Below, piece after piece: positions 9,993 through 20,465 of a stretch of DNA of 64,000 nucleotides. Source of the stretch: an uncultured Candidatus Binatia bacterium (lineage in GTDB: Bacteria; Desulfobacterota; Binatia; UBA9968; CAXXLF01); NCBI GenBank assembly GCA_965218425.1, contig OZ244621.1, positions 3,680,001 to 3,744,000 of the forward strand. The letters are read 5' to 3'. A program made the position numbers and the translations under genes. The stretch's first letter is position 1; each line of letters opens with the position of its first letter. The notes under the pieces are model-generated. The model had not been told where the DNA came from and searched no databases. It was given only the letters and a program-made list of their open reading frames with translations.

Positions 9993-10688
9993 CTACAATA
10001 AGATCTTGAAGACGAGAAAGAGAACCAAGGTCAGGATAAAGCCGGACCAAATAGTCCCAGACACGGAATCCAGAGGTTTCTTGGTGGCACCTTGAGCTCC
10101 TATGAGGCAGTTGAGTTCCACCGCGGCGATAATCACAAGGCTGACGATCCAAAATCCAGCGGTTGATCCGCCTGCCATTCCTAGGGATGAATAGTGACTG
10201 GCTGCACCCATGAAGAAAAGCATTGGAATAGAAAAAAGAGTGTTGGTCCTTGATGCAAGGGCGGCTCTGCGTGCCCCAGGCGCCGCTTCAGGAATCGCCT
10301 GTCCCCCCTGTGCAACTTGGACTGCTGAGGCAATAACGATTTGTTGCTTGGGCCAGATCACGAGCCAAACATTTAGAAACATCAGAGTTCCCATGGTTCC
10401 ACCGATGGTGATGGCCAACCCGTAGGAGGAAGAGTAAAAAAGGGAGCCTCCAACTTCTGCGAGTTTATGTATGTAAATGAGAATACCGGCGAGGAAGGTA
10501 AACATGGCACCCCAGCGAAACCACCACAGGGCACGTGGAACCAGTTTTTGCACGGCTCCGCTCCGTACCGGCGCTTCGGTTTCTGCAAAGAAAGGTGTTT
10601 GTACAAAATTAAAATAATAAAGGATTCCAATCCATAGGGTACCTGCAAGAAAATGAATCCAACGCAATAAAAATAGATAAACTTCCAT
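9993..10688 (-). CDS. PuuD-like (Urate_ox_N) membrane protein without fused cytochrome domain
   Basis: RWIHFLAGTLWIGILYYFN, LWWFRW, MFLNVWLVIWPKQQ, SRTNTLFSIPMLFFM...H. Confidence 0.75.
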   Translation of the reverse strand: MEVYLFLLRWIHFLAGTLWIGILYYFNFVQTPFFAETEAPVRSGAVQKLVPRALWWFRWGAMFTFLAGILIYIHKLAEVGGSLFYSSSYGLAITIGGTMGTLMFLNVWLVIWPKQQIVIASAVQVAQGGQAIPEAAPGARRAALASRTNTLFSIPMLFFMGAASHYSSLGMAGGSTAGFWIVSLVIIAAVELNCLIGAQGATKKPLDSVSGTIWSGFILTLVLFLVFKILL

Positions 10689-10850
10689 AAATGATCTCCT
10701 TAATCGCCTTGGTTTAAACTACTCATCGCCCTAATATATGAAGCTTGCATCGAAGTTGTCAAGCAAAAATAAGCCAGTACACGACCCGGTCCAATGGGAA
10801 AGACCCCTTTTGGGACGGTCCATAGCATCTGTCTTAGTGGGTATTTCGGC

Positions 10851-11940
10851 TGCATAAGGCCAGAAACATCTTGCACACTCTGGGTGACTGAGAGGGCATG
10901 CAGATCCGGGATTTCTCTTACCGCATCTGGGGCTTTTCCACACTCGCTGACTATGCCATACGCTGGGAGACTAGGGTTAGTAATAAGGCAAAGCACAAGG
11001 CTCGGGTGCTCAGTTTGTGGGCCAAGCATGGGGTTGGAAGCAACTGAAGAGGCCTTTGGAGTGAAAAGGCGGACCCTGTATTACTGGAGAGGGCAGCTGA
11101 TGAAAGGGGGCGGGAAGCTGGAGGCATTAAACGAGGAGAGCAAGGCTCCCCATAGGCGTAGGAGTCGTAGTTGGCCTCAGTTGGTGCTTGGACAGATTGG
11201 CCGCATAAGGACGGAGCACCCCAATCTAAGCAAAGAGAAGATCTATCTATCGCTCAAGCCGTGGTGTGAGAGGCAGGATCTGAGGTGTCCAAAGCCCAGG
11301 AGCATTGGTCGGATCATAGCTGGGACTGTGGACAAGATGAGAACGGTTTCCATGAAGATAAGGTCTAACGGTCGTAGAGTAACCAACAAGCCGAAGCGGG
11401 CAAGAGACCCCCAGGGTTTTAGAGCGAGCGGTCCTGGTGAGTGCGGGGCCTTCGATAGGGTGGAGTTGTTCCTTGATGGGCTAATGAGGTATGGGATCAC
11501 CTTCACTGATGTCTACTCCCGGTTCTGTTTTGCCTGGGCGAGCCACAGCCATGGCTCTGAGGCAGCCAGGGAAGTCTACAGGGTGCTCAGCGAGGTGTTT
11601 CCCTATCCGCTTCAATATGTGCTCACAGACAATGGCTCTGAGTTCATGAAGCACTTTGATGGGGAACTGAGGAGGCTGGACAAGGTCCACTGGCATACTT
11701 AATCCCAAGAGCCCAAAAATGAATGTCCATGTGGAGAGGTTTAACCGTACCCTTCAAGAAGAGTTTCTCGATTATCATGAGGATCTGCTCGTGGAGCCGG
11801 CAGCCTTTAACCGCGAGTTGATTCCGTGGCTGTTGTGGTATAACGGCGAGCGGCCTCACTGGGGACTCAACCTTAAGTCGCCGGTGCAGTTTTTAATGGA
11901 GCAAAGACCCCAAGAGTGCAATATGTGGTGGCCCAATACA
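10851..11940 (+). mobile_element. IS481-like insertion sequence, copy 1 (1090 bp), transposase with two frameshifts
   Basis: Imperfect IRs tgcataaggccagaaacatcttgcac / tgtattgggccaccacatattgcac; LTDNGSEF, VERFNRTLQEEF, YNGERPH; flanks ttcggc/ttcggt. Confidence 0.88.
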
Positions 11941-12012
11941 TTCGGTTGTCTGATTTTATGAATTAATCTATGATGGCCGTGCACAAAAAACCGTCGCGAA
12001 GGAGGGTTGGAT

Positions 12013-13116
12013 ATGGTACAAACCACACAGAAAATTGCCCATGCTGCGGTAGAAGGCATAAGTGAAAGGGTGACTCTACAGGAGTTCGAAGCCACGGTGA
12101 GGGAAGAGCATTTATTCCCATTGTGGGTAGCCACAGTGAATCGGTCAACCGAGCTTCGCACCCCCATCCAACCCCATGTTTGGAGCTGGAAACAATTACG
12201 CCGTCGCATTCTCCAGGCCGGAGAATTGATACCTTTGGGTAAGAAAGGCGCCGAGCGTCGAGCGCTCACCCTGCACAACCCTGGTCTTCCCAGAGACACT
12301 ATGGGCATCACCCATACCTTGGTGGCGGCCATCCAAATGGTTCACGGCACAGAGGTGGCCCCATCCCACCGTCACACCCCGGCGGCCCTGCGTTTCGTCA
12401 AGGAAGGGAAGGGGGGCTGCACCGTGGTCAATGGAGAGCCTGAGTCCATGGAAAAGGGCGATTTTCTGCTGACCCCAAGTTGGTATTGGCATGGACACTT
12501 CAGCGAACATGACGAGCCAATGCTCTGGATGGACGGCCTCGACGTACCACTGGTACTCTCCTTGGGCGCAAATTTCTACGAAGACTACCCCGAAGATCTA
12601 CAACCTTCATCAGCGCCCCGGGATGAATCCATTCGCCGTTACGGTGGAGGAGGCCTTCTACCCGTAGGTGAAAGGAAAGCCACCCCCAACTCTCCACTAT
12701 TAAATTACCGTTGGGCCCAAACTGAAGAGAAGTTGATGCAATTGAAGGATCGCGATGGTAGCCCCTACGATGGGGTCGCGTTGCAGTTCACCAACCCCTT
12801 TACGGGTGGTCCCGTGATGCCAACCATCGATTGCTGGATACAGCTCCTCCGCCCAGGCGAACAAACCCAGGCCCATAGACACACCAGCAGCGTGGTCTAC
12901 AACGTGGCGCGAGGAAACGGTTTCACGGTGATCGACGGTCGGACGTTCCCTTGGACAGAGGGCGATATTTTCTGTATGCCCATTTGGTCGTCTCATAAAC
13001 ATGTGAATTCGTCTTCTTCGGAAGAGGCGATTCTATTCTCCATGAATGATTCCCCCGTCCTTCAAGCCCTGGGGATCTACCGCGAGGCAGCTAACGAAGA
13101 CGGAAACGGGCGTTAA
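12013..13116 (+). CDS. Gentisate 1,2-dioxygenase-like bicupin ring-cleavage dioxygenase
   Basis: AERRALTLHNPG, HRHTPAALRFV, TPSWYWHGH, WMDGLDVPL, NPFTGGPVMPT, second HRHT. Confidence 0.88.
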   Translation: MVQTTQKIAHAAVEGISERVTLQEFEATVREEHLFPLWVATVNRSTELRTPIQPHVWSWKQLRRRILQAGELIPLGKKGAERRALTLHNPGLPRDTMGITHTLVAAIQMVHGTEVAPSHRHTPAALRFVKEGKGGCTVVNGEPESMEKGDFLLTPSWYWHGHFSEHDEPMLWMDGLDVPLVLSLGANFYEDYPEDLQPSSAPRDESIRRYGGGGLLPVGERKATPNSPLLNYRWAQTEEKLMQLKDRDGSPYDGVALQFTNPFTGGPVMPTIDCWIQLLRPGEQTQAHRHTSSVVYNVARGNGFTVIDGRTFPWTEGDIFCMPIWSSHKHVNSSSSEEAILFSMNDSPVLQALGIYREAANEDGNGR

Positions 13117-13376
13117 ACTTTACCTAGGATGTCATGAGTAAACAGCCATAATGCAACCGAGGGGTGAGACCTGAAGAGCGCGGGCACAGGAGCGCAGAGG
13201 TTACCTTCAGGCCCGCAGGGCGCAAATCGTCGCCCATGGAGCGGACGGGGCGATGATGACCTACAAGGTGGACGCCTATTCCCCGCCCTTGGAAGGGCTC
13301 GGCCCCTGGGTGATCGGATGTGTGACCCGTCTAGATACAATCGAAATCATTAAATCGTTAGAGTTGATCTGCCATC

Positions 13377-15536
13377 ATGATGTTAGAGAACTCCCCGGAG
13401 CGTCTACAAGGACTTCTCCGCCCCAAACGAATCGCCATTGTTGGGGCATCGGAAAGAAACCATTATTCCGCCGCCCTGCTTCAGAACCTTCAACGTTTCA
13501 ATTTTCCGTCAGAAAACCTCTTTCTGGTGAATCCCCGCTACGAGACCCTTCTTGGCAGATCCTGTTATACGCGACTCACCGACATTCCCTTGGATGTGGA
13601 TCTCGCGGTTTTGGCAATCCCTCCGGGCGCCACCCTCAAGGTTTTGGAAGATTCCATAGAGAAAAGGGTCAAGGCGCTGTTACTCGTCGCCACGGGATTC
13701 GGTGAGTTTGATGAAAAGGGGTTAAAGCTACAGGAGGAGATTGCCGAAATTGCCAACCGGCATTCCATTTCCATCTGCGGACCCAACACCCTAGGGTTCT
13801 TCTCTAGTCTAGGGGGAATGGCCCTCTGGACGTCTCCACTACCGAAACAGCTACAACCCGGGTCCATTGGCGCGGTTTTCCACAGCAGCGGCCTGTTGAA
13901 CCTGCTTTTCAATACGGCGGCGGACCGCTGTCTTGGCTTTCGTTACGGCATTGCTGCCGGCAACGAGGTGGGTCTTGGTCTGACCGATTACCTCGCCTGG
14001 ATGATCCAGGACCCCGAGGTAAAAGTCCTAGTGACACTCATTGAGTCGGTGAAAAAGCCGGACGAAATGACTCACCTCCTCGACCTGGCACGGGATAAGG
14101 GGAAACCCATGGTGGCCTTACGGGTGGGACGATCGGCCAAGGGGAGTCGGGCCATTGTTTCTCACACGGGAAATCTCGCCACCTCGGGGGCAGCATGGCA
14201 GGCCCTTTTCAAACAGAAGGGCGTCATATCGGTAGACAATATGGATCAAATGTTGGAGACCCTGGTGGCACTGGCACACAACCCCTGCGGACCTTTGGAA
14301 AAAGCTTCCAAGGGTGTCGGCATCGTGACCATTTCGGGTGGTGATTGCAGTTTTCTTTCCGACATCGGAGAAAGGGTTGGTTTGGGATTACCCGATCCCA
14401 GCCCAGAAACCTATCAGCAACTGGCGCCTTATTTTGGCAAGGTAAAATTCAACGGTAACCCTCTGGATATTGAAGACCTCCACCAGGCAGATGAGTCAAA
14501 ATTCTACGATTGCCTGAAGGTGTTTTCGACAGAGGAATCCTTTGACCTGATTTGCTGCAGGTTGAGCCTTCCAAAGGTTCCCAACGAACGTCTTAAGGGT
14601 CTCTACACCCGCTGCGCCGCCGTGGCAAAGGAGCAAGGTAAGGGTATCCTTTTCCTCTCAAGGGCAAGCGAGAATTTGGATCGATCCTGGTTCGAATTCT
14701 TTTCTGCATTAGGAGTCCCGTTCCTATTGGAATACGAAAAGAGCCTGCGCGCAGTGAAAGATCTCTTGTGGTGGTCTGGGGTTCAAGGCACTTGCGGCGC
14801 TTCATGGACACCACAAGCGGCAAATAAGAAGGTAGATCTCGTCCAACTCAAGTCGCTGGTCACAGCAGCTAAAAACCGGATCTTAAGTCACCTTGAATCG
14901 CGAAAACTCCTTTCCGCTTACGAAATACCACTGGCAAAAGAGGTTTTGACCCAATCGCCCAGTGATGCCCTCGAAGCAGCCATGACTATAGGATTACCTG
15001 TGGTCATGAAGGTGATTTCCCCGGACCTGCCCCACAAGACAGAAGTAGGAGCACTGTTAACCAACGTTCAGACGGGTCAAGAGGTTGAAACGGGGTTTCA
15101 GGAGTTAAATCAACGGATCAGGGAAAAGGTGCCGGGCGCTGCCATAGAGGGAATCCTGGTTCAAAAGATGGTTTCGGGGATCGCCGAAGTCATCGTAGGA
15201 ACAAATTATGACTGGCAACTCGGTCCGGTGATCCTTTTTGGATTGGGCGGCATCTATGCCGAAATCCTGAGGGACGTGTCCCTACGACTGCCGCCAACCT
15301 CCCACAGAGATGCCTGGGAGATGTTGAATGAAGTCAAAGGGAGCGAACTCCTACGCGGCGCCAGGGGTAAACCCCCGGCAGATCAACTAGCGGTGGTGGA
15401 GATTCTTTTGAAGCTATCACAAATGGCCTCCGATTTACGTGACGAAATCGAAACGATAGAACTGAACCCCCTGATGGTTCTACCCGAAGGGCAGGGGGCC
15501 GTGGCCGTGGACACCCTGTTACGAAAAAGGCGCTGA
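13377..15536 (+). CDS. ADP-forming acyl-CoA synthetase (fused alpha-beta)
   Basis: IAIVGAS, GPNTLG, GNE, SHTG phospho-His, NPLD, ATP-grasp HKTEVG and ELNPL. Confidence 0.88.
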   Translation: MMLENSPERLQGLLRPKRIAIVGASERNHYSAALLQNLQRFNFPSENLFLVNPRYETLLGRSCYTRLTDIPLDVDLAVLAIPPGATLKVLEDSIEKRVKALLLVATGFGEFDEKGLKLQEEIAEIANRHSISICGPNTLGFFSSLGGMALWTSPLPKQLQPGSIGAVFHSSGLLNLLFNTAADRCLGFRYGIAAGNEVGLGLTDYLAWMIQDPEVKVLVTLIESVKKPDEMTHLLDLARDKGKPMVALRVGRSAKGSRAIVSHTGNLATSGAAWQALFKQKGVISVDNMDQMLETLVALAHNPCGPLEKASKGVGIVTISGGDCSFLSDIGERVGLGLPDPSPETYQQLAPYFGKVKFNGNPLDIEDLHQADESKFYDCLKVFSTEESFDLICCRLSLPKVPNERLKGLYTRCAAVAKEQGKGILFLSRASENLDRSWFEFFSALGVPFLLEYEKSLRAVKDLLWWSGVQGTCGASWTPQAANKKVDLVQLKSLVTAAKNRILSHLESRKLLSAYEIPLAKEVLTQSPSDALEAAMTIGLPVVMKVISPDLPHKTEVGALLTNVQTGQEVETGFQELNQRIREKVPGAAIEGILVQKMVSGIAEVIVGTNYDWQLGPVILFGLGGIYAEILRDVSLRLPPTSHRDAWEMLNEVKGSELLRGARGKPPADQLAVVEILLKLSQMASDLRDEIETIELNPLMVLPEGQGAVAVDTLLRKRR

Positions 15537-15564
15537 GCCTGGAACAAGAGTTGAGGACTTTTCC

Positions 15565-16641
15565 ATGAAGATTGAAGCCATAGAAATATCAAAGTTAAAG
15601 CTGCCGTACATTAAACCCCTCATTACCTCAGCCAATCAGTTTTTTAACGCAGAGGGATTACTGTTGGAAGCGCGTTCGGATGGTGGATTGTCCGGCTACG
15701 GCTATATCGATGTCTTCCCAAGGACCGGTGAGACCATGGGGTCCGCCCAATATGCCATCGAAACGGTGCTCAAACCCAAGATTTTGGGCCAAGACCTGAA
15801 GGAGTTGGCTAAGATCAAACAGTCCATCAATCGCACATTCGTGGGAAATCGACGAGTCAAATCAGGAGTCGAGACGGCACTCTATGATCTCATCGCCAAA
15901 AGCCTTCATGTTCCCGTGTACCTACTCCTGGGTGGTCAAGTTAAGGATGAAATCAGAGTCATCAGGCTCATGAGCCTGGATGACCCGGATAAGATGGCCG
16001 AGGATGCCCGTCGTATCATTGGAGAAGGCATTACCGCATTAAAACTCAAGGTGAGTGGAGAATATCACCTTGATCTCAAACGGGTATCAAAGGTGAGGGA
16101 CGCGGTTGGTAGCGGAATCTTCTTAAAGGTGGACGCCAATGAGGCATTCGATGCGAAATCCGCCATCAGGCTAGCCAAGAGTTTGGCGGATCTAGAGGTG
16201 GAGATTTTCGAGCAGCCGGTGCCCCGTTCACAAACCCAGGCCTTGCTGGAGGTCAAGGACAAATCGCCCATTAAAATTGAAGCCGATCAGTCCGCCGGTT
16301 CAGTAACGGAAGCCTTCAAGCTGATTCAAAATGGTGTCGTTGACTCCATCAATACCAGCGTCCACAAGGCGGGAGGTCTCGTTGAAGCCAAGCAAATCGC
16401 CGACCTTTGTGGATTGAGCGGAGTGAGCTGTCACTTGGGAAACACAGCAGGGTGCATGGTGGGAGACGCCGCCGCCCTACAGCTAGCGGCCTCCTCGGGG
16501 AGCATTTCACGCCTCTGCGAGCTTGGTGAATTTGCAACCATCGCCGGGGATCCCTTTGCCGGTTTGCAGGTAAAGCACGGAGTACTCAAAGTACCTGAAG
16601 GGGATGGCCTCGGGATTCACAACACGAAGACGAAAAAATAA
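15565..16641 (+). CDS. Enolase superfamily, muconate-lactonizing-enzyme/mandelate racemase-like
   Basis: ETALYDL, KLK, DANE, EQP, D metal ligand, C-terminal PEGDGLG. Confidence 0.85.
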   Translation: MKIEAIEISKLKLPYIKPLITSANQFFNAEGLLLEARSDGGLSGYGYIDVFPRTGETMGSAQYAIETVLKPKILGQDLKELAKIKQSINRTFVGNRRVKSGVETALYDLIAKSLHVPVYLLLGGQVKDEIRVIRLMSLDDPDKMAEDARRIIGEGITALKLKVSGEYHLDLKRVSKVRDAVGSGIFLKVDANEAFDAKSAIRLAKSLADLEVEIFEQPVPRSQTQALLEVKDKSPIKIEADQSAGSVTEAFKLIQNGVVDSINTSVHKAGGLVEAKQIADLCGLSGVSCHLGNTAGCMVGDAAALQLAASSGSISRLCELGEFATIAGDPFAGLQVKHGVLKVPEGDGLGIHNTKTKK

Positions 16642-16700
16642 CCCTTATTAGGAATTCCCGCTAGATCAATATCACCCGGACATGACCCGTCACTCGCTAG

Positions 16701-18164
16701 TTAGGTTTTGGCCCGGGCATAGGCGGCCAGGGCGGAACCCCACTTTCTCTTAACCTGATCGAACATGGCATGATTGGTTGTGATTTCGGGCGGAAACTCG
16801 TGTAGGCGCTCCCAGGGCTTGCATGCGTCTATCATGGCCCGCGAGTGATGTCGGTTTTGATCGGCTGAGATGGCGGGATCCAATGCGCTGCTAAAACAGC
16901 GGTGAAGGATCTGTATGGAGCGCTCGGGATCGGAACGGGTACAGATTGCCCAGAGGACCTGGTCACGGTCTGAAGGATTGATATCATCGTCCACTACTAC
17001 CACATACCGGTTTAAGGTAATGGCCGCCCCGCATTGAGAGGCAACCACCGCCGCCTGAATCGCATGCCCCGGATAGCGCTGCTTGATGGCGACCACCAAT
17101 AGTAGGTTGGCCCCTCCAGCCTCATCCAGCCAAACCCCCTTGACGTCCGGTATTCCAGCCAATTCCATGTCGTTCCAGATGAGAGCCGACTTGAAAAAAG
17201 TACGCCAGTAGGTGTGAGCATTAGGGGGCCTTAGGGGCGGCTCTCCAGCAACGATGGGTTGGTTTCGGAACATGACCCGTTTTACATTCACTACAGGTTC
17301 GTCGCGGGTGGCACTAGCATAGTATCCGGTCCACTCTCCAAATGGGCCCTCAGGCAAACTCTCTTCAGGATATATCTCTCCCTCCACCACGATCTCCGCG
17401 TGGGCTGGGATTGGCAGACCGGTGAGCTCCCCACGCAGCACCTTCACCGGGCAGCCGCGAATTCCCCCTGCATATTCCAGTTCGTTCACATCGGCTGGAA
17501 GCGGCATGGAACTAGTTAAAAACAGCAGGGGGTCCTGCCCGAAGGACAGAACAACCGGACAGGGCTCCCCTCGGGCCCAATACTTTTCCAGATGCCTACG
17601 ACCATGCTTGATGCGAGAAATGTAAAGCCCAAGCTTGTCACGCCCATGCACCATGGCTCGATAGGTCCCCACATTGACCCAACCGGACTCGGGGTCCTTC
17701 GTGATGGTGAGACTCCCGGTCCCAAGGTAACGACCACCGTCCTCCTCATGCCACAGGGGAGCGGGGAACTGGAGTAGGTTAACGGCCGAGCCCTCTTGGA
17801 TATTCTCCGTCACCGGGCCGCTCTCCACCGTATGTACGGGTTGAAGCCCTATGGATTTCACCCGTCTACGCCATGTTTGAACAAGCTCCATCTTACTCCC
17901 TGGTATGGGAAGGTTTAGCGCCAGGGCGATGCGCGGTACGGAGGTTAGCTGATTGAGTAGAATCTGGTAGCTGGGGTCGTAGCCCGTGAGCTGATCCAGC
18001 AGGATGGCTGGTCCACCTCCAAACTCGCGGAACGCGTACTCGTCAAGGGCACCCACCTCCAGGTGTGGATCCGCGCCGCTAATATTGACAACTTCACCCG
18101 CTGCTTGGGAACGTTCAATCCAGTCACGGAGGTCTTCGCAGGGAAGATTTTCATTTGAGTCCAT
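16701..18164 (-). CDS. UbiD-family prFMN-dependent (de)carboxylase
   Basis: DGGRYLGT, NVGTYR, EGPFGEWTGYY, VVDDDI, WAICTRSDP. Confidence 0.92.
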   Translation of the reverse strand: MDSNENLPCEDLRDWIERSQAAGEVVNISGADPHLEVGALDEYAFREFGGGPAILLDQLTGYDPSYQILLNQLTSVPRIALALNLPIPGSKMELVQTWRRRVKSIGLQPVHTVESGPVTENIQEGSAVNLLQFPAPLWHEEDGGRYLGTGSLTITKDPESGWVNVGTYRAMVHGRDKLGLYISRIKHGRRHLEKYWARGEPCPVVLSFGQDPLLFLTSSMPLPADVNELEYAGGIRGCPVKVLRGELTGLPIPAHAEIVVEGEIYPEESLPEGPFGEWTGYYASATRDEPVVNVKRVMFRNQPIVAGEPPLRPPNAHTYWRTFFKSALIWNDMELAGIPDVKGVWLDEAGGANLLLVVAIKQRYPGHAIQAAVVASQCGAAITLNRYVVVVDDDINPSDRDQVLWAICTRSDPERSIQILHRCFSSALDPAISADQNRHHSRAMIDACKPWERLHEFPPEITTNHAMFDQVKRKWGSALAAYARAKT

Positions 18165-18223
18165 TCATACCTCCTTAGCCAAAAGGACAAACGGCTGCGT
18201 GAAGAGGAGATCCATTGGGTTCC

Positions 18224-19252
18224 CTATTCTCCCGCCACCTGGCGCACCCGTTTGCCGAGCAGGTTAAGCGCGTTCTCCCGCTCGATCTTTCGTTTGAGCC
18301 CGGGAGAGACTCCCGATGCCTCCAACTCCGCCATGGCATAGGGGATGCCCCCTTGGGGTGGCGTGTAGGGATGGTCCCCACCCAGCATCACAACATGTTC
18401 ACCTGCCTCCGCGATGACCAGGGAGAGTGCATGCCGGTCCTGAGTGTGGGTATCGAGCCAGACATGGGACAGATAATCCCCCAGGGTTTTATTAATCCAG
18501 GAAGGCAACGGCACGCCTCTTTCCTCATGTAAGATTCTTGCCTGTTCACGGGAATAGTCCCAACGACCACAACAGAAGGGAGAGACGCCGCCCAGTTGGC
18601 AAAACATGAACCGGACGTCAGAGTATTTATCGAACACGCCATTCATGGCCAGGCGAAAGATGCACAGTGCGTCGTCCAAGAAAAAACCAAGACCGGTACG
18701 CAAGAACATGTTGTCCAAGCGCAGAGTATCGGCCCAAGATTGAGCCACTGAGCTCGGGTGCACGAGAACTGGGGCATCGTGGTGACGTGCCACATGATAA
18801 ATAGGTTCGAAAGCAGGATTATCCAGGCTGATGCCCTCATAACTGGCGTTCAGTCCAATGGCCACCATGGAGGGCAGGGAGAGAGAGCGATCCAATTGCG
18901 CAATGGCATCCTTGCCGCCAAAAGGGTCCACCACCGCAGCACCCAATAAAAATCCGTTGGTAGCGGATAGGTCTTCGGACATGGAGCGGTTGTATGCCTC
19001 CATATTTTCATTGAGGGAGCCTCTCAAACTCTTCAGGCCGCGGATGAGTTCGGTGGCATAGGGTAGAACAACGGCAATCTTCACGTTCGACTTCTGCATC
19101 AGATCACGATGAACAGAGAGGTCACGCCATGCCGGCCTGGAAGCCACCACACTGCGAAGCACGTTGTCCCCCGCGAGGATCTCCCTGAGGCGGTCGCCAA
19201 ATACCGACGGCATGTAATGAACATGACAGTCGATCAGCCCGTCCTCTGCCAT
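18224..19252 (-). CDS. Amidohydrolase_2 family (ACMSD/LigW-like decarboxylase or hydratase)
   Basis: IDCHVH, VLVHP, GVFDKY, GGDHPY, NALNLL. Confidence 0.82.
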   Translation of the reverse strand: MAEDGLIDCHVHYMPSVFGDRLREILAGDNVLRSVVASRPAWRDLSVHRDLMQKSNVKIAVVLPYATELIRGLKSLRGSLNENMEAYNRSMSEDLSATNGFLLGAAVVDPFGGKDAIAQLDRSLSLPSMVAIGLNASYEGISLDNPAFEPIYHVARHHDAPVLVHPSSVAQSWADTLRLDNMFLRTGLGFFLDDALCIFRLAMNGVFDKYSDVRFMFCQLGGVSPFCCGRWDYSREQARILHEERGVPLPSWINKTLGDYLSHVWLDTHTQDRHALSLVIAEAGEHVVMLGGDHPYTPPQGGIPYAMAELEASGVSPGLKRKIERENALNLLGKRVRQVAGE

Positions 19253-19375
19253 AATAACCTCCAAATGAATAATCGAACCGATGCAAGAACCTCTGAGATA
19301 GGAGTCGGTTCAAGTCATAAACATCTAGCGGCGCGCATCCCTGATATCATGGCGGAAAGAATTTTGTCAATTGCG

Positions 19376-20465
19376 TGTATTGGGCCACCACATATTGCAC
19401 TCTTGGGGTCTTTGCTCCATTAAAAACTGCACCGGCGACTTAAGGTTGAGCCCCCAGTGAGGCCGCTCGCCGTTATACCACAACAGCCACGGGATCAACT
19501 CGCGGTTAAAGGCTGCCGGCTTCACGAGCAGATCCTCATGATAATCGAGAAACTCTTCTTGAAGGGTACGGTTAAACCTCTCCACATGGACATTCATTTT
19601 TGGGCTCTTGGGATTAAGTATGCCAGTGGACCTTGTCCAGCCTCCTCAGTTCCCCATCGAAGTGCTTCATGAACTCAGAGCCATTGTCTGTGAGCACATA
19701 TTGAAGCGGATAGGGAAACACCTCGCTGAGCACCCTGTAGACTTCCCTGGCTGCCTCAGAGCCATGGCTGTGGCTCGCCCAGGCAAAACAGAACCGGGAG
19801 TAGACATCAGTGAAGGTGATCCCATACCTCATTAGCCCATCAAGGAACAACTCCACCCTATCGAAGGCCCCGCACTCACCAGGACCGCTCGCTCTAAAAC
19901 CCTGGGGGTCTCTTGCCCGCTTCGGCTTGTTGGTTACTCTACGACCGTTAGACCTTATCTTCATGGCAACCGTTCTCATCTTGTCCACAGCCCCAGCTAT
20001 GATCCGACCAATGCTCCTGGGCTTTGGACACCTCAGATCCTGCCTCTCACACCACGGCTTGAGCGATAAATAGATCTTCTCTTTGCTTAGATTGGGGTGC
20101 TCCGTCCTTATGCGGCCAATCTGTCCAAGCACCAACTGAGGCCAACTACGACTCCTACGCCTATGGGGAGCCTTGCTCTCCTCGTTTAATGCCTCCAGCT
20201 TCCCGCCCCCTTTCATCAGCTGCCCTCTCCAGTAATACAGGGTCCGCCTTTTCACTCCAAAGGCCTCTTCAGTTGCTTCCAACCCCATGCTTGGCCCACA
20301 AACTGAGCACCCGAGCCTTGTGCTTTGCCTTATTACTAACCCTAGTCTCCCAGCGTATGGCATAGTCAGCGAGTGTGGAAAAGCCCCAGATGCGGTAAGA
20401 GAAATCCCGGATCTGCATCCCAGCTCAACCACCCAGAGTGTGCAAGATGTTTCTGGCCTTATGCA
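19376..20465 (-). mobile_element. IS481-like insertion sequence, copy 2 (1090 bp), inverted relative to copy 1
   Basis: Near-identical reverse complement of 10851-11940 with the same two frameshifts and IRs. Confidence 0.88.

Noticed and set aside
10794..11030. N-terminus of the 302-aa ORF (and of 19614-20495) as the real transposase start
   Set aside because: Starts outside the IS boundary and differs between copies; the true N-terminus is in another frame from ATG 10898
13120..13370. GC-rich spacer that may be a gene remnant or RNA
   Set aside because: No recognisable motif or convincing structure
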